Positions 9,592 through 19,460 of a stretch of DNA of 64,000 nt are shown in pieces. Origin of the DNA: Capsulimonadaceae bacterium. Its GTDB lineage: Bacteria; Armatimonadota; Armatimonadia; Armatimonadales; Capsulimonadaceae. Under the pieces are notes generated by a model. That model did no database searches and was not told the DNA's origin. It saw nothing but the letters and a program-made list of their open reading frames with translations. Made by a program: the position numbers and the translations under genes. Position 1 is the stretch's first letter, and each line of letters starts with the position of its first letter. Where the stretch lies: positions 2,624,001-2,688,000 of the forward strand of contig OZ244065.1 of the NCBI GenBank assembly GCA_965215505.1. The letters run 5' to 3'.

Positions 9592-9628
9592 ACAAAGCCC
9601 CCGTACCGCACTGGTGCGGGGGCTTTGT
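9592..9628 (+). terminator. Intrinsic terminator-like hairpin
   Basis: ACAAAGCCCCCGTACC-GCACT-GGTGCGGGGGCTTTGT right after the stop codon. Confidence 0.75.
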
Positions 9629-9646
9629 CTTTGAGGCCTGGGTGAT

Positions 9647-12199
9647 TTGAGGCCCCCCGTGAACCGCTGCTGCCGAGTCCTTGCGGTCATTACCATCTTG
9701 CTGGCCCTTCTCCTGCCTGACGCCCCCTGCCGGGCGCAGAAGACGGGCGCGCTCCAGAAGGCCGGGTGGCGTCTCACCTTCGATGACGAGTTCTCGGGGT
9801 CCGCCCTGGACACGCGCAAGTGGACGGCAAGCGAAGGCACCTTCGAGAATCGCTCCGCGCCGATCCAGTACTTCCTGCCGTCCGAGGTGAGCGTCGCGCA
9901 GGGACACCTCACCCTCACCAGCGAGCAGCGTTCCAGCCACGGGTACGGGTACACGTCGGGCGAGATTCGCACCCTGGACAAGTTCTGCCAGCTCTACGGC
10001 CGGCTCGAAGTCCGCTGCCGCTTCCCCACCGTGCCGGGCGTTTGGCCCGCCGTCTATTTGCTCCCGGCGGACGACAGTTGGCCGCCGGAGATCGACGTCG
10101 CCGAGTTCATCGGGCGCACCCCCGATAAGGTCTATCTGACGAACCACTGGCTGGACGGCTACGGCGCACACAAGCAGATGAACTGTGACTGGGCGGACCC
10201 GGCCACCGACTGGGGGGCCTGGCACACCTACGCCACCGAGTGGCAGCCGGGCGGCGTCCGCTGGTATGTTGACGGCGTCCTGCGCGGCACGGACCTGGGG
10301 CCGGTGTCCAGGGTGCCGATGTACATCCGCGTGAACCTCATGGTCGGCGGCGACTTCGCGGGCATCCCGCAGCCGGGCGCGTGGCCGCAGACGTTCGCGC
10401 TGGACTATGTCCGCATGTACCAGCGCAAGGGCGGACCCGCGCCCATTCTGAGGCCGGTCCCCCGCTTCGTGCCGCCCCCGCCGCCGCCTTCATATTCCCC
10501 ACCGCCACCCGAGCCGGCACCCGTCGATGATCAGGGCGGGGAGGGCGGGACGGACGGCTGGGGCCTCTTCTTCCTGCTGGCCCCCCCGCTCCTGGTCTGG
10601 TGGTGGATGGGGGGGTTGGTGGGGTCGCGGGCGGCGCGGACGGCCGCCCTGGCGTCGGGCGTGTGGGTGAGCGCGGGGGGCTACCTGCTGTTCCGGATCC
10701 AGGTCATCCACTGGGCGGCCTGGTGGATCGCGCTGCCGCTGCTCCTCGCCGAGATGCACGGGCTGCTGCACACCCTGGGGCTGCAATACACGCTCTGGCC
10801 GCGCCCGGCCCCGGTGGTTCATGCCGAGCAAGACCCTTCCCTGCGGCCCGTCTTCATCCTCATCCCCACCGTGAACGAAGGCCCGGACGTGCTGGGGCTG
10901 ACGGTGGAGGGCGCGCTGCGGACCCGCGCCCATTACCTCGAACGCTTCCCCGAAGCGCGGGTCACGGTCGTCGTCTGCAACGACGGGTATGTGGCGGGTT
11001 ACCCGGAGTGGTACGCCGCCGAGAAGCTGGCGGAGCGGCTCGGCGTGGTCTGCGTCACCCGCGCGGTCGGGGGCGGCGCGAAGGCGGGCAACATCGAGTG
11101 GGCGCGGCAGACGGTGGGGGCGGTCGGGGATGCGCTCATTGTCCTGTTCGACGCCGACCAGGTCGCCGAGGAAGACTTCCTGGCGCAGACGGCCCTCCCC
11201 TTCGCGGACCCGTCCATCGGCTGGGTGCAGACCGGCCAGTATTACCGCAACCTGGAGAACCCGGTCGCGCGCTGGGCCAACGACCAGCAGGGCCTGTTCT
11301 ACCAGGTCCTCTGCCCCGGCAAGGCGGCCCTGAACGCGGCATTCATCTGCGGCACGAACGTCATGCTGCGGGCCGAGGCGCTGGACGAGATCGGCGGGCT
11401 GCCGCAGGACTCGGTGACGGAGGATTTCGCCGCCTCACTCCAACTTCACCCGCGCTGGCGCAGCCTGTTTCTGCCAGACGTGCTGGCGCAGGGCCTGGGG
11501 CCGATGGACCTGAAATCCTACTTCGCCCAGCAGGGCCGCTGGGCGACCGGGACCTTGGGCGTCCTGCGCCGACACTGGCGGATGCTGCTCCTGCCGGGCA
11601 AGGGTGGCCTGAGCCTGCCCCAGCGCGTCCAATACGGGCTGGCCTGCACCCACTATCTGTCGGGCCTGCGCGACCTGGTCTACCTGCTGGTGCCGTTCCT
11701 CTTCCTGCTCCTGGGCGTTTCGGCCCTGCGCGGCGCGGACATGCCGACATTCCTGGGCCGCTTCCTGCCCTACTTCGTGTTCTCCCAGGTCGCCTTCTGG
11801 CACGCCGCCGCGCGCAAGACGACCTGGCGCGGGCTGGTCCTGAGCTTCGGCAGCTTTCCGGTCCTGCTGGCGAGCCTGATGCTGGTCGTTCTGGGCCAGA
11901 AGACGCGCTTCGCGATCACCCCCAAGCGCCGCAGCGGGGTCCGGGCAAGCCCCCCGCTGCTGCCACAAATCCTGGCCGGGGCCGCCTGCCTGGTCGGCTT
12001 GGTCATGGCCGCCGCCTCGCCCGAGGACAAGACCCTGGTCCTGCTGAGTGCGCTCTGGCTGCTCGTCATGCTGCTGATGCTGGCGGGCGTGCTGTGGCTG
12101 GGATTACAGGACCGTCGAGAGGAAAAGGGCATTCGCATCGGTTTAGAGGCTGGTGGCGAACCTCATCGGGGCGAGGGGGTGGGAAGAGACGAGGTTTGA
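9647..12199 (+). CDS. Fusion of GH16 beta-glucanase-like domain and cellulose-synthase-like GT2 glycosyltransferase
   Basis: WRLTFDDEF, WPPEIDVAE, DYVRMYQ (GH16); AKAGN, FDAD, VTED, QQGRW and TM helices (GT2); start 9647 or 9659. Confidence 0.85.
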   Translation: MRPPVNRCCRVLAVITILLALLLPDAPCRAQKTGALQKAGWRLTFDDEFSGSALDTRKWTASEGTFENRSAPIQYFLPSEVSVAQGHLTLTSEQRSSHGYGYTSGEIRTLDKFCQLYGRLEVRCRFPTVPGVWPAVYLLPADDSWPPEIDVAEFIGRTPDKVYLTNHWLDGYGAHKQMNCDWADPATDWGAWHTYATEWQPGGVRWYVDGVLRGTDLGPVSRVPMYIRVNLMVGGDFAGIPQPGAWPQTFALDYVRMYQRKGGPAPILRPVPRFVPPPPPPSYSPPPPEPAPVDDQGGEGGTDGWGLFFLLAPPLLVWWWMGGLVGSRAARTAALASGVWVSAGGYLLFRIQVIHWAAWWIALPLLLAEMHGLLHTLGLQYTLWPRPAPVVHAEQDPSLRPVFILIPTVNEGPDVLGLTVEGALRTRAHYLERFPEARVTVVVCNDGYVAGYPEWYAAEKLAERLGVVCVTRAVGGGAKAGNIEWARQTVGAVGDALIVLFDADQVAEEDFLAQTALPFADPSIGWVQTGQYYRNLENPVARWANDQQGLFYQVLCPGKAALNAAFICGTNVMLRAEALDEIGGLPQDSVTEDFAASLQLHPRWRSLFLPDVLAQGLGPMDLKSYFAQQGRWATGTLGVLRRHWRMLLLPGKGGLSLPQRVQYGLACTHYLSGLRDLVYLLVPFLFLLLGVSALRGADMPTFLGRFLPYFVFSQVAFWHAAARKTTWRGLVLSFGSFPVLLASLMLVVLGQKTRFAITPKRRSGVRASPPLLPQILAGAACLVGLVMAAASPEDKTLVLLSALWLLVMLLMLAGVLWLGLQDRREEKGIRIGLEAGGEPHRGEGVGRDEV

Positions 12200-12217
12200 G
12201 CTATTTTTAAGAATCGC

Positions 12218-12246
12218 TTGACATTTAGTGCGCTTTGGGATAAAAT
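12218..12246 (+). promoter_or_regulatory. Sigma70 promoter for the LacI operon
   Basis: TTGACA-N17-TAAAAT. Confidence 0.8.
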
Positions 12247-12259
12247 AAATAACAGTATG

Positions 12260-12314
12260 ATTTAACGATAGGTTAGATCGGTTTTCGTTTCTCATCATTG
12301 ACCTAACGCTAGGT
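12260..12314. promoter_or_regulatory. Putative LacI-family operators
   Basis: Near-palindrome ACCTAACGCTAGGT (12301-12314) with central CG; 11/14 variant ATTTAACGATAGGT (12260-12273). Confidence 0.55.
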
Positions 12315-12324
12315 TTTAAATCTT

Positions 12325-13383
12325 ATGGCAAGCAACAAAGTTACATTGGCCGAGGTCGCGCGTCAGGCGGGCACAAGCCCGATGGCGGTTTCCGTCACTC
12401 TGAACGGCGCGCGTTCCAACACCCGCGTCTCCAGCGCGACCCGGCAGCGGATCATGGCGGTCGCGGCCGACTTGAACTATTCCCCGAATGCCGTGGCGCA
12501 GGGACTGAAGCGCCGGTACACCAGCACAATCGGCGTCTTGTTCAACTGGGCGGGGCCGACCACGGTCCACGACTTGTTCTCCACAGCCCTGCTGGACGGC
12601 ATCGTCGCCGGAGCGGCGACGGCGGGATACCACATCTTGCTTTATACCAAATCGTGGCGCGATGCCGCGACCTCCTCTCCGATGTTCTCGGATCGTCGTA
12701 CCGACGGGGTCATCGTGGTCGCGCCGGAGGAAGCCTCCGATGTCGTCCCCAGCCTCACCGCGCTGGGCGTCCCGACGGTGCTGCTGTCAGCCGCCACGGA
12801 CGTCCCCGGCGTTCATTTCGTGAAAACGGACAATTCTTTGGGCGTCTCGCTGGCACTAGATCATCTGTGGGACCTGGGGCACCGGCAGATCGCCTTTGCC
12901 AGCCAGGGGCGGACGCGGTACTCCATGCGGGAACGTAGTTTGGCCTATCATGCTTGGATGGCACGGCACGGCCTCCCGATTCCGGATGGGTACGTCCTGG
13001 AGGACCTCGATTCGAACCACGAGCCGATCAACATGGCCCGATTGGAAAAACTGCTGAGGCACCCGAAGCGCCCGACGGCCGTGTTCGCCGCCACGGATGA
13101 TCTGGCCGTGGACGTTCTGGAGGCCGCCCGCATCGTCGGCCTCGGCGTGCCGGGACGGCTCTCCGTGGTCGGCTTCGACGATGTGCTTGTGGCCTCTCTC
13201 ACGGTGCCGAAGCTGACTACGGTCCGCCAGCCGCTCCATGAGATGGGGCGGCGAGCCGCGCATCTGCTGATCGCGAACATCAAAGGAGAGGAGGAAACTA
13301 CCGCAGGACCGACAAGCCATGTGACCGTACCGGAACTCATCGTGCGGGACTCGACGGCACCGCCAACCACCGTCCTCGGATGA
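12325..13383 (+). CDS. LacI-family transcriptional regulator
   Basis: [37 protein letters not shown]. Confidence 0.95.
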   Translation: MASNKVTLAEVARQAGTSPMAVSVTLNGARSNTRVSSATRQRIMAVAADLNYSPNAVAQGLKRRYTSTIGVLFNWAGPTTVHDLFSTALLDGIVAGAATAGYHILLYTKSWRDAATSSPMFSDRRTDGVIVVAPEEASDVVPSLTALGVPTVLLSAATDVPGVHFVKTDNSLGVSLALDHLWDLGHRQIAFASQGRTRYSMRERSLAYHAWMARHGLPIPDGYVLEDLDSNHEPINMARLEKLLRHPKRPTAVFAATDDLAVDVLEAARIVGLGVPGRLSVVGFDDVLVASLTVPKLTTVRQPLHEMGRRAAHLLIANIKGEEETTAGPTSHVTVPELIVRDSTAPPTTVLG

Positions 13384-13451
13384 CGGCCCATTTCGCCCCG
13401 ACCCGCCTGCCGTCATGGCAGACCCTCTTCGGCCAAAGGAAGGACATGACA

Positions 13452-14363
13452 ATGTTCTCTGTCATTCAGCACCCCGTCAGTCGCCGGCGACCGGCGCTAT
13501 CGCCCGCGAGGCCCTCCTCCGGATTCACTCTGATAGAACTACTCGTGGTTATTGCTATAATCGCTATATTGGCGGCGATCCTGTTCCCCGTCTTCCAGAA
13601 GGTCCGCGAGAACGCGCGCCGGACCGCCTGCCTTTCCAACACCAAACAGATGGGGTTGGCCGTCATGCAGTACATCCAGGACGCCGACGAAACCTACCCG
13701 AACGGCAACTACAACTACAACGCGATCGGCGGGTGGGCCGGCCAGATCTTCCCCTATGTCAAGAGTACCGGGGCGTACCGGTGCCCGGACGACTACAAGG
13801 TGGTTTCCGCCGCCGACAACCCCAGTTCCTTCGGCATGAACAGCAACTTCGGCCGACAGGGGAACCCCAGCGGCGGCGTCCCGAACGTCTCCCGCACCCT
13901 GGCCTCGATGAACGCCGCCAGCAGAACGGTGATGCTGTTCGAGGTGGAGGGCAACACGGGCATTGATGTCACCAGACTGCTCGAGGGACCCTACAGCAAG
14001 AACTACAACTCGTCGCCCTTTGGGAACGGGGGGGTGTACGGCTACAGCCCCTCCGGTGGGGGGACGTTCGGCGGCTGCCCGGCGGCGGCGGGCCAGACGC
14101 TGAAGTACGCCACCGGCTATATGGGGGGACGTGACCCCGGCCCACTCGCCTGCCACTATACCGGCGCGACGGGCAGGCACAACGGCGGGGCGAACTACCT
14201 GATGGGCGACGGCCACGCCAAGTGGTTTCGGTCCGAGGTGGTGTCCTCCGGGTCCAACGCCGTCAATGAAACCGACGCGCAGACCAGCGGCACTGGCGTC
14301 GCCGCCGGGACCGGGGGGACCATCGGCGGCGCTCCCGCCGCCGCGACGTTCAGCATCAACTAG
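13452..14363 (+). CDS. Prepilin-type N-methylation / DUF1559 protein with H-X9-DG motif
   Basis: [53 protein letters not shown]; start 13446 or 13452. Confidence 0.92.
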   Translation: MFSVIQHPVSRRRPALSPARPSSGFTLIELLVVIAIIAILAAILFPVFQKVRENARRTACLSNTKQMGLAVMQYIQDADETYPNGNYNYNAIGGWAGQIFPYVKSTGAYRCPDDYKVVSAADNPSSFGMNSNFGRQGNPSGGVPNVSRTLASMNAASRTVMLFEVEGNTGIDVTRLLEGPYSKNYNSSPFGNGGVYGYSPSGGGTFGGCPAAAGQTLKYATGYMGGRDPGPLACHYTGATGRHNGGANYLMGDGHAKWFRSEVVSSGSNAVNETDAQTSGTGVAAGTGGTIGGAPAAATFSIN

Positions 14364-14425
14364 GCCCATCCCTGGAGCGAAAGACATAAAGCTGGGCATG
14401 AAGCTGGGGCGGAACGGGTTGTCCC

Positions 14426-14504
14426 GCCCCAGGCTCAACGTGCCCCAGGCTCAACGTGCCCCAGGCTCAACGTGCCCCAGGCTCAACGTGCCCCAGGCTC
14501 AACG
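14426..14504. repeat. Tandem repeat 5 x 16 bp (GCCCCAGGCTCAACGT)
   Basis: Units start at 14426, 14442, 14458, 14474, 14490; first unit is the right arm of hairpin CTGGGGCGG..CCGCCCCAG. Confidence 0.95.
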
Positions 14505-14536
14505 CGAACGCAACGGACTCACGAAAGCCTCAACCT

Positions 14537-16456
14537 ATGACGCGCTCTCTCTCAAATGTCCTACTCGTCTCCGCCGTCCTGGCCCTTGTGGCCGGCCGAG
14601 TTCCGCAAGCCCTCGGGGCGGCCCCCCACGGCGGGCCGCTGCTCCGGCAGGACTTCAATCAGCCCGGTTCCTGGCCCGGTCTCACCGCCGCCCCCGCCCT
14701 GGCGGGCGTGGCCGTCGTGGCCGAGCGGGCGTCAGTCGGCACGGTGGATGCCGCCGGATCGGCCACACCCTCCGGCGCGATCCGGCTGACCGTCCGCCGC
14801 AGGGCGAGCAGGGGCACATGGAGCGCGGGGATGACCAGCGGCCTGCTGACCGTCCATACGGCGGAGAAGGATCTGGGCAAGCTGACCCTCAGCTTCGACC
14901 ACTCGATTTCCTTGGTGCGCCCCGTGACGGTGCGGGTCGAATCGTTCGACGCCCGCAGGCACCGCACCGGGGGGCGTGAGGGCACGGTCTATCCCGCCGC
15001 ACCCGACTTCTACCTCCGGGCCGCGCTGGAACTCTCGGCGATGCGCCCGTCCGGCGGGGGCGTGTTCCGGCCAGCCGATCCGTTCGTGCGAATCACCTTC
15101 CAGATAAGCCGCCTGCCCGCCGAGGCGGCGGACGCGGGGCTGGTAGAGCTTCGCATCGACAACGTGTGCTATGCCAGCCCCGCTTACTACGTCAGCCCCC
15201 AGGGCAGCGACGCCGGCGACGGTCGGACGGAGGCGACGGCTTTCGCCACGCCGCAGAAGGCCGTGGATGCCGCCCAGCCGGGCGACATCATCCTGGTCAT
15301 GGACGGGACTTACCTGCCGCACTCAGACCAGGAAGGGGTGGCCGCCTTCCGGCGTCCCGGCAGCCCGGCGGCATGGATCACGCTGAAAAATTATCCCGGT
15401 CAGCATCCGGTATTCTCCACGGTCGGTGCCTGGAACGCGGTGCGGATCGGGCAGCGGGGGACGAACGCCGTCCCCTCCCCGCTGCCCGCGCTCGCCTATC
15501 TTGAGGTGAGGGGGCTGCACTTCCGGGGGGACGCCGATGTCGCGAAGCAGAAATACCCCGATCTGGTCGGCAAGTCCGACGCGCACACAAACGGCAACGG
15601 GGTCAGCATCACAGGCGTCGCCGAAACCCACCGCGCCCACCACATCCGAATCGCGGACAACGTCGCCGACTACTGCGCCGGCGGCGGAATCAGCGCCATC
15701 CAGGCGGACTGGATCACGATTGAGAACAACGTCGTCCGTAACAACTGCTGGTGGACGGTCTATGCCGGGTCCGGGATCTCGCTGCTCGACTCCGCAAACT
15801 TCGACGCCGGGACGAACGTCTACAAGTGTCTGATTCGCGGCAACCAGTCCAGCGGGAATCGGTGCTTCGTTCCGTGGGGGCAGGTCAAGCGGATCTCCGA
15901 CGGCAACGGGATCATCATTGACACCAACAACGCCCCCGCCCAGCGCCATGTCTATCTTGGGCGGACCCTGGTACAGAACAACCTGTCCTTCAACAACGGC
16001 GGGTCGGGCATCCATGCCTTCAAGAGCCATCAGATAGACATCATCAACAACACCGCCTACCACAACGGCGCGTCCCCGGAACTGAACTGGGGACAGATCT
16101 TCGTCCAGGTCGCCGACGACGTGCGGATCATGAACAACATCCTGGTGTCGCGTCCCGGTCAGCCGATCAACTCGGTCGGCCCCGACGGCGGCGACCAGAA
16201 CAGCACCCGCGTCACGCGCGCCCACAACCTCTACTTCGGCGGGCTGGCCCCGAAACTCACCGGGGCGGGCGACGTGACAGGCGACCCGCAGTTCGTGAAC
16301 GCCTCCGCCGACCCCGCCGACGCCGACTTCCGTCTGAAGCCCGGCAGCCCGGCGCTGAGATCGGGCGTGCCGGGAGAGATAGTCCCATTGCTCGACATGG
16401 ACGGCAGACCGCGCCCGACCGGCACCACGCCTGACAGGGGAGCCTACCAGAAGTAA
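14537..16456 (+). CDS. Secreted right-handed parallel beta-helix protein (pectin-lyase-like fold)
   Basis: Signal peptide; YYVSPQGSD..DG, AQPGDIILV.DGTY, DGNGIIID, NNGGSGIH, DFRLKPGSPA..PDRGAY. Confidence 0.85.
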   Translation: MTRSLSNVLLVSAVLALVAGRVPQALGAAPHGGPLLRQDFNQPGSWPGLTAAPALAGVAVVAERASVGTVDAAGSATPSGAIRLTVRRRASRGTWSAGMTSGLLTVHTAEKDLGKLTLSFDHSISLVRPVTVRVESFDARRHRTGGREGTVYPAAPDFYLRAALELSAMRPSGGGVFRPADPFVRITFQISRLPAEAADAGLVELRIDNVCYASPAYYVSPQGSDAGDGRTEATAFATPQKAVDAAQPGDIILVMDGTYLPHSDQEGVAAFRRPGSPAAWITLKNYPGQHPVFSTVGAWNAVRIGQRGTNAVPSPLPALAYLEVRGLHFRGDADVAKQKYPDLVGKSDAHTNGNGVSITGVAETHRAHHIRIADNVADYCAGGGISAIQADWITIENNVVRNNCWWTVYAGSGISLLDSANFDAGTNVYKCLIRGNQSSGNRCFVPWGQVKRISDGNGIIIDTNNAPAQRHVYLGRTLVQNNLSFNNGGSGIHAFKSHQIDIINNTAYHNGASPELNWGQIFVQVADDVRIMNNILVSRPGQPINSVGPDGGDQNSTRVTRAHNLYFGGLAPKLTGAGDVTGDPQFVNASADPADADFRLKPGSPALRSGVPGEIVPLLDMDGRPRPTGTTPDRGAYQK

Positions 16457-16530
16457 CGCGGAAGCCCATATTCCCCAGTTCTCTGCTCCCCGGCGAGTAC
16501 ATAAGCGCGAAAGAAAGCGTTCCCAGCAAG

Positions 16531-16563
16531 ACAGGCAGCCTCCCCTACCGGGAGGCTGCCTGT
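16531..16563. terminator. Hairpin terminator between convergent genes
   Basis: ACAGGCAGCCTCCC-CTACC-GGGAGGCTGCCTGT followed by T-rich sequence. Confidence 0.8.
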
Positions 16564-16585
16564 TTGTGGTAAACTGAGGCGGGTG

Positions 16586-16936
16586 CTAGGAGGCCGCAGG
16601 CGCGGGCGCTTTCGTTTCGGCCTTCGTTTCCGTCTTGACCGCCTCGGACTTCGCCTCGGGCTTCGACTCGGTCTTTGCCTCCGACTTCACCTCACCACTT
16701 GGCGCAACGGCCTCGGAGGAAGACGCGGGGGCACTGCCCTCGGACGCGCCGCTGGGCTTGGCGGCGTAGTCGTTGACGTAGAAGCCGGACCCCTTGAAGG
16801 AGATGCCGACGGGGTAGATGCGCTTGCGGAGCTTGCCGCCGCACGTCTCGCAGGTCGTCAAGGCGTCGTCTTTGATGCTCTGGAAGATCTCAAACTGGTT
16901 GTCGCAGGAAAGACACTCGTAACCATAGGTCGGCAT
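16586..16936 (-). CDS. FmdB-family zinc-ribbon regulatory protein
   Basis: MPTYGYECLSC..CETCGG..FKGSGFY. Confidence 0.9.
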   Translation of the reverse strand: MPTYGYECLSCDNQFEIFQSIKDDALTTCETCGGKLRKRIYPVGISFKGSGFYVNDYAAKPSGASEGSAPASSSEAVAPSGEVKSEAKTESKPEAKSEAVKTETKAETKAPAPAAS

Positions 16937-17044
16937 AGGAAAGCACACCTCACAAATCGCTGTAGTAGTTTGTTGTCGTAGTTGATTGTACCACCATCAT
17001 AACACGTTTTTCTCCCAACACGTTTCCCCGAAAGGCGAGTTCCC

Positions 17045-17965
17045 TTGATACCGACCGACCCACGCACGCTGACGACGGAGTTGCTGACGACCGAAGCCAT
17101 CAACCCCGCCCTGGCCGACATTGACGCCCTGGACACCGAGACGCGCCTGCGGCTCATCAACGCCGAGGACGCAACGGTCGCCGCCGCCGTCGGGCTGGAG
17201 GTCCCGCAGATCGCCCGCGCCGTGCAGCGGGCGGCGGCTTCGCTCCGGGCGGGGGGCAGGCTGATCTATGTGGGCGCGGGGACCAGCGGGCGACTGGGCG
17301 TACTGGACGCCGCCGAGTGCCCCCCGACGTTCGGCGTCTCGCCGCAGACCGTGCTGGGGCTGATCGCGGGCGGCGAGGGGGCGATGTTCCGGGCCGTGGA
17401 AGGGGCCGAAGACGACCCCGACCTGGGCGCGGCGGCAATCATCGGGGCGGACGTCAGCGAGCGGGACACCGTGGTCGGCATCAGCGCCTCCGGCCAGGCC
17501 CCGTTCGTGCTGGGCGCGTTGCGGCAGGCGGTCAAGCGCGGTGCGGCGACGGTCGCCGTCACCAACAACCGTCCCTCCGAGGTGGAAGCAGTCGCCGCCG
17601 TCACCATCGCCGTTGTCGTCGGCCCCGAAGTCCTAGCCGGCTCGACCCGGCTGAAAAGCGGCACGGCGCAGAAAATGGTGCTGAACATGATCTCGACGGG
17701 CGCAATGATCGAGACCGGCAAGACCTACGGCAACCTGATGGTGGACGTCCAGGCCACCAACCGGAAGCTCCAGGCGCGCGCCGTCCGCATCATCCGCCAG
17801 GTTACCGGGGACACGCGGGAGCGCGCCGAGGCGGCCCTTGCGGCGGCAGGCGGGTCGGCCAAAGTCGCCATCGTGACGCTCCAGACCGGGGCGACGCCCG
17901 ACGAGGCGCGGCAGCGGCTCAGTCACGCGGGCGGCTTCCTGCGCCGCGCCCTGGCGGAAGAGTGA
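17045..17965 (+). CDS. murQ: N-acetylmuramic acid 6-phosphate etherase
   Basis: GAGTSGRLGVLDAAECPPTF, GPEVLAGSTRLKSGTAQKMVLNMIST, GNLMVDV. Confidence 0.95.
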   Translation: MIPTDPRTLTTELLTTEAINPALADIDALDTETRLRLINAEDATVAAAVGLEVPQIARAVQRAAASLRAGGRLIYVGAGTSGRLGVLDAAECPPTFGVSPQTVLGLIAGGEGAMFRAVEGAEDDPDLGAAAIIGADVSERDTVVGISASGQAPFVLGALRQAVKRGAATVAVTNNRPSEVEAVAAVTIAVVVGPEVLAGSTRLKSGTAQKMVLNMISTGAMIETGKTYGNLMVDVQATNRKLQARAVRIIRQVTGDTRERAEAALAAAGGSAKVAIVTLQTGATPDEARQRLSHAGGFLRRALAEE

Positions 17966-17968
17966 GCC

Positions 17969-18679
17969 GTGGATGACCCTCTCGTACAGTCGCTCGCCCC
18001 GGAAGCGGCCCTGCTCTGGCGGCAATGCCTCTTGGCCGAGTCGCGGGGGCAGCGCGCGCGTACACTTGCGGCGCTGAGGGAGTTCGTGGGGGCGCTTCAA
18101 GCAGGCCCGGAGGAGCAGCGCCGCCGGTTCTCGGAGGCGTTCTGCCGCCAAGTGGCGGACGACGGGGCTGCACTGCCATTGCGGGAGCCGCTTTTCGCCG
18201 GCATCATCGGCCCCTACCTTGTTACGGCCTACCAGAAGGGGGAGACGGATGCCGGGCGCTGGCTGGCTTACTTTCACCTGCACTTTCTGAACATGCCGCC
18301 ATCTCGAAAGTTAATTGATCTGGTTGACTCTTTATCACCAATAGCCTTGCTGACTGATGCGTTTAGACGTGACCCCGATGACGCCCGCACACTGGACCAG
18401 CTCATTCAACTGCTGGACGGGCATTTCTCTTATGCTGTTCATGAGTTGCCGTCCGGCGTCCTATATGGTGCTAATGGCGCGACGGTGGAAGAGTGCCGGG
18501 AATGGGAGGCTGATCTGGCGCTCTTCCGTGAGGTAGTGCAGAAACGTGATGTGGCCGAAAAGTACGAGGCGGCGACGCGCTACTGGGGCTTCCACTTCTA
18601 CGGGTACGCAGACTACCTGATCCACCGGGAGCAGTACGGGAGCTATGCGGAGTACATCAAGCGCCACTGGCAGGAGTGA
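17969..18679 (+). CDS. Hypothetical protein
   Basis: 236-aa ORF starting 3 nt after murQ stop; YAVHELPSGVLY motif; family not recognised. Confidence 0.6.
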   Translation: MDDPLVQSLAPEAALLWRQCLLAESRGQRARTLAALREFVGALQAGPEEQRRRFSEAFCRQVADDGAALPLREPLFAGIIGPYLVTAYQKGETDAGRWLAYFHLHFLNMPPSRKLIDLVDSLSPIALLTDAFRRDPDDARTLDQLIQLLDGHFSYAVHELPSGVLYGANGATVEECREWEADLALFREVVQKRDVAEKYEAATRYWGFHFYGYADYLIHREQYGSYAEYIKRHWQE

Positions 18680-18733
18680 CTTATGAGGCTGACGAGCGCG
18701 GATGAGGTATGATGGAGTCAGGGGGGGAGCGTC

Positions 18734-18991
18734 ATGGCAACACAAGTTCTGGAAGGCACCTGGGAAGAGATCGCCGCGCACGCCGATGAACTGGCGGGCA
18801 AGCGCGTCAGAGTGAGCGTGGAAATGGATGCGCCATCGGCGGCTGTTCAGCCCAACTTGAAGATGCTGGACGCGATGCGCGCGGCGGAAGAGATACAGCG
18901 CGGGATGAACCCGAAGCCGGACAGTGACGGGGTGGCGATCATCCGCGAGGGACGCCAAGGAGCCATGTATGGCGATGATCCTGCCGAATAA
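18734..18991 (+). CDS. Putative antitoxin
   Basis: 85 aa, LEGTWEEI..AGKRVRV, C-terminal IIREGR; overlaps the PIN gene. Confidence 0.7.
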   Translation: MATQVLEGTWEEIAAHADELAGKRVRVSVEMDAPSAAVQPNLKMLDAMRAAEEIQRGMNPKPDSDGVAIIREGRQGAMYGDDPAE

Positions 18992-19448
18992 TCCTTCCTG
19001 CGTCGTCGTGGATGCGAACGTAATGGTCGCGCTGTGCGCCAAGGAGCCGCAGCGTTTCGTCGCGCTGACGGCGGAAGTGGAAAGTTATGCTCGGGCGGGG
19101 AGCCTCTTCTACGCGCCAAACGTAATCGTCGGCGAGTCGCTATACACATTGCGCCGCAAGTTGACGGACGGAATCTTGAACGCCACGGAACACGCACAGG
19201 CCGTGCAGAGCCTGCGAGTACGCATGACGGCCATCCTCCTGCCTCTTGGCGGCGAAGCATCACTCATCCTGCGCGCCGATCAGATCTGTGATGGTTATGG
19301 GTACAGCCGCTCCGACGACGCGCTCCACATCGCTCTGGCCGAGGAGCTTTCGCGGACTTACACCACGCGCCTGCTGACGTTCGACCAGGGCGTACCCAAT
19401 CAAGCCGCCCGCCATGCGCCGCTCGTTACCGTCCACCTGCTGACATGA
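18969..19448 (+). CDS. PIN-domain (VapC-like) toxin
   Basis: VVDANV, ..GES.., DDALHIALAE, LLTFD acidic PIN motifs. Confidence 0.85.
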   Translation: MAMILPNNPSCVVVDANVMVALCAKEPQRFVALTAEVESYARAGSLFYAPNVIVGESLYTLRRKLTDGILNATEHAQAVQSLRVRMTAILLPLGGEASLILRADQICDGYGYSRSDDALHIALAEELSRTYTTRLLTFDQGVPNQAARHAPLVTVHLLT

Positions 19449-19460
19449 CCGCTGCTTGAC

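Noticed and set aside
7675-9981. Long antisense or alternative-frame ORFs (e.g. 7675-9981, 24172-25881, 31434-33092, 39224-40912, 10600-12210)
   Set aside because: They overlap well-supported genes and are the expected shadow ORFs of high-GC DNA.
17969-19448. Novel three-gene defence system
   Set aside because: The antitoxin-PIN pair is an ordinary type II TA layout, and nothing links the upstream hypothetical gene to it.
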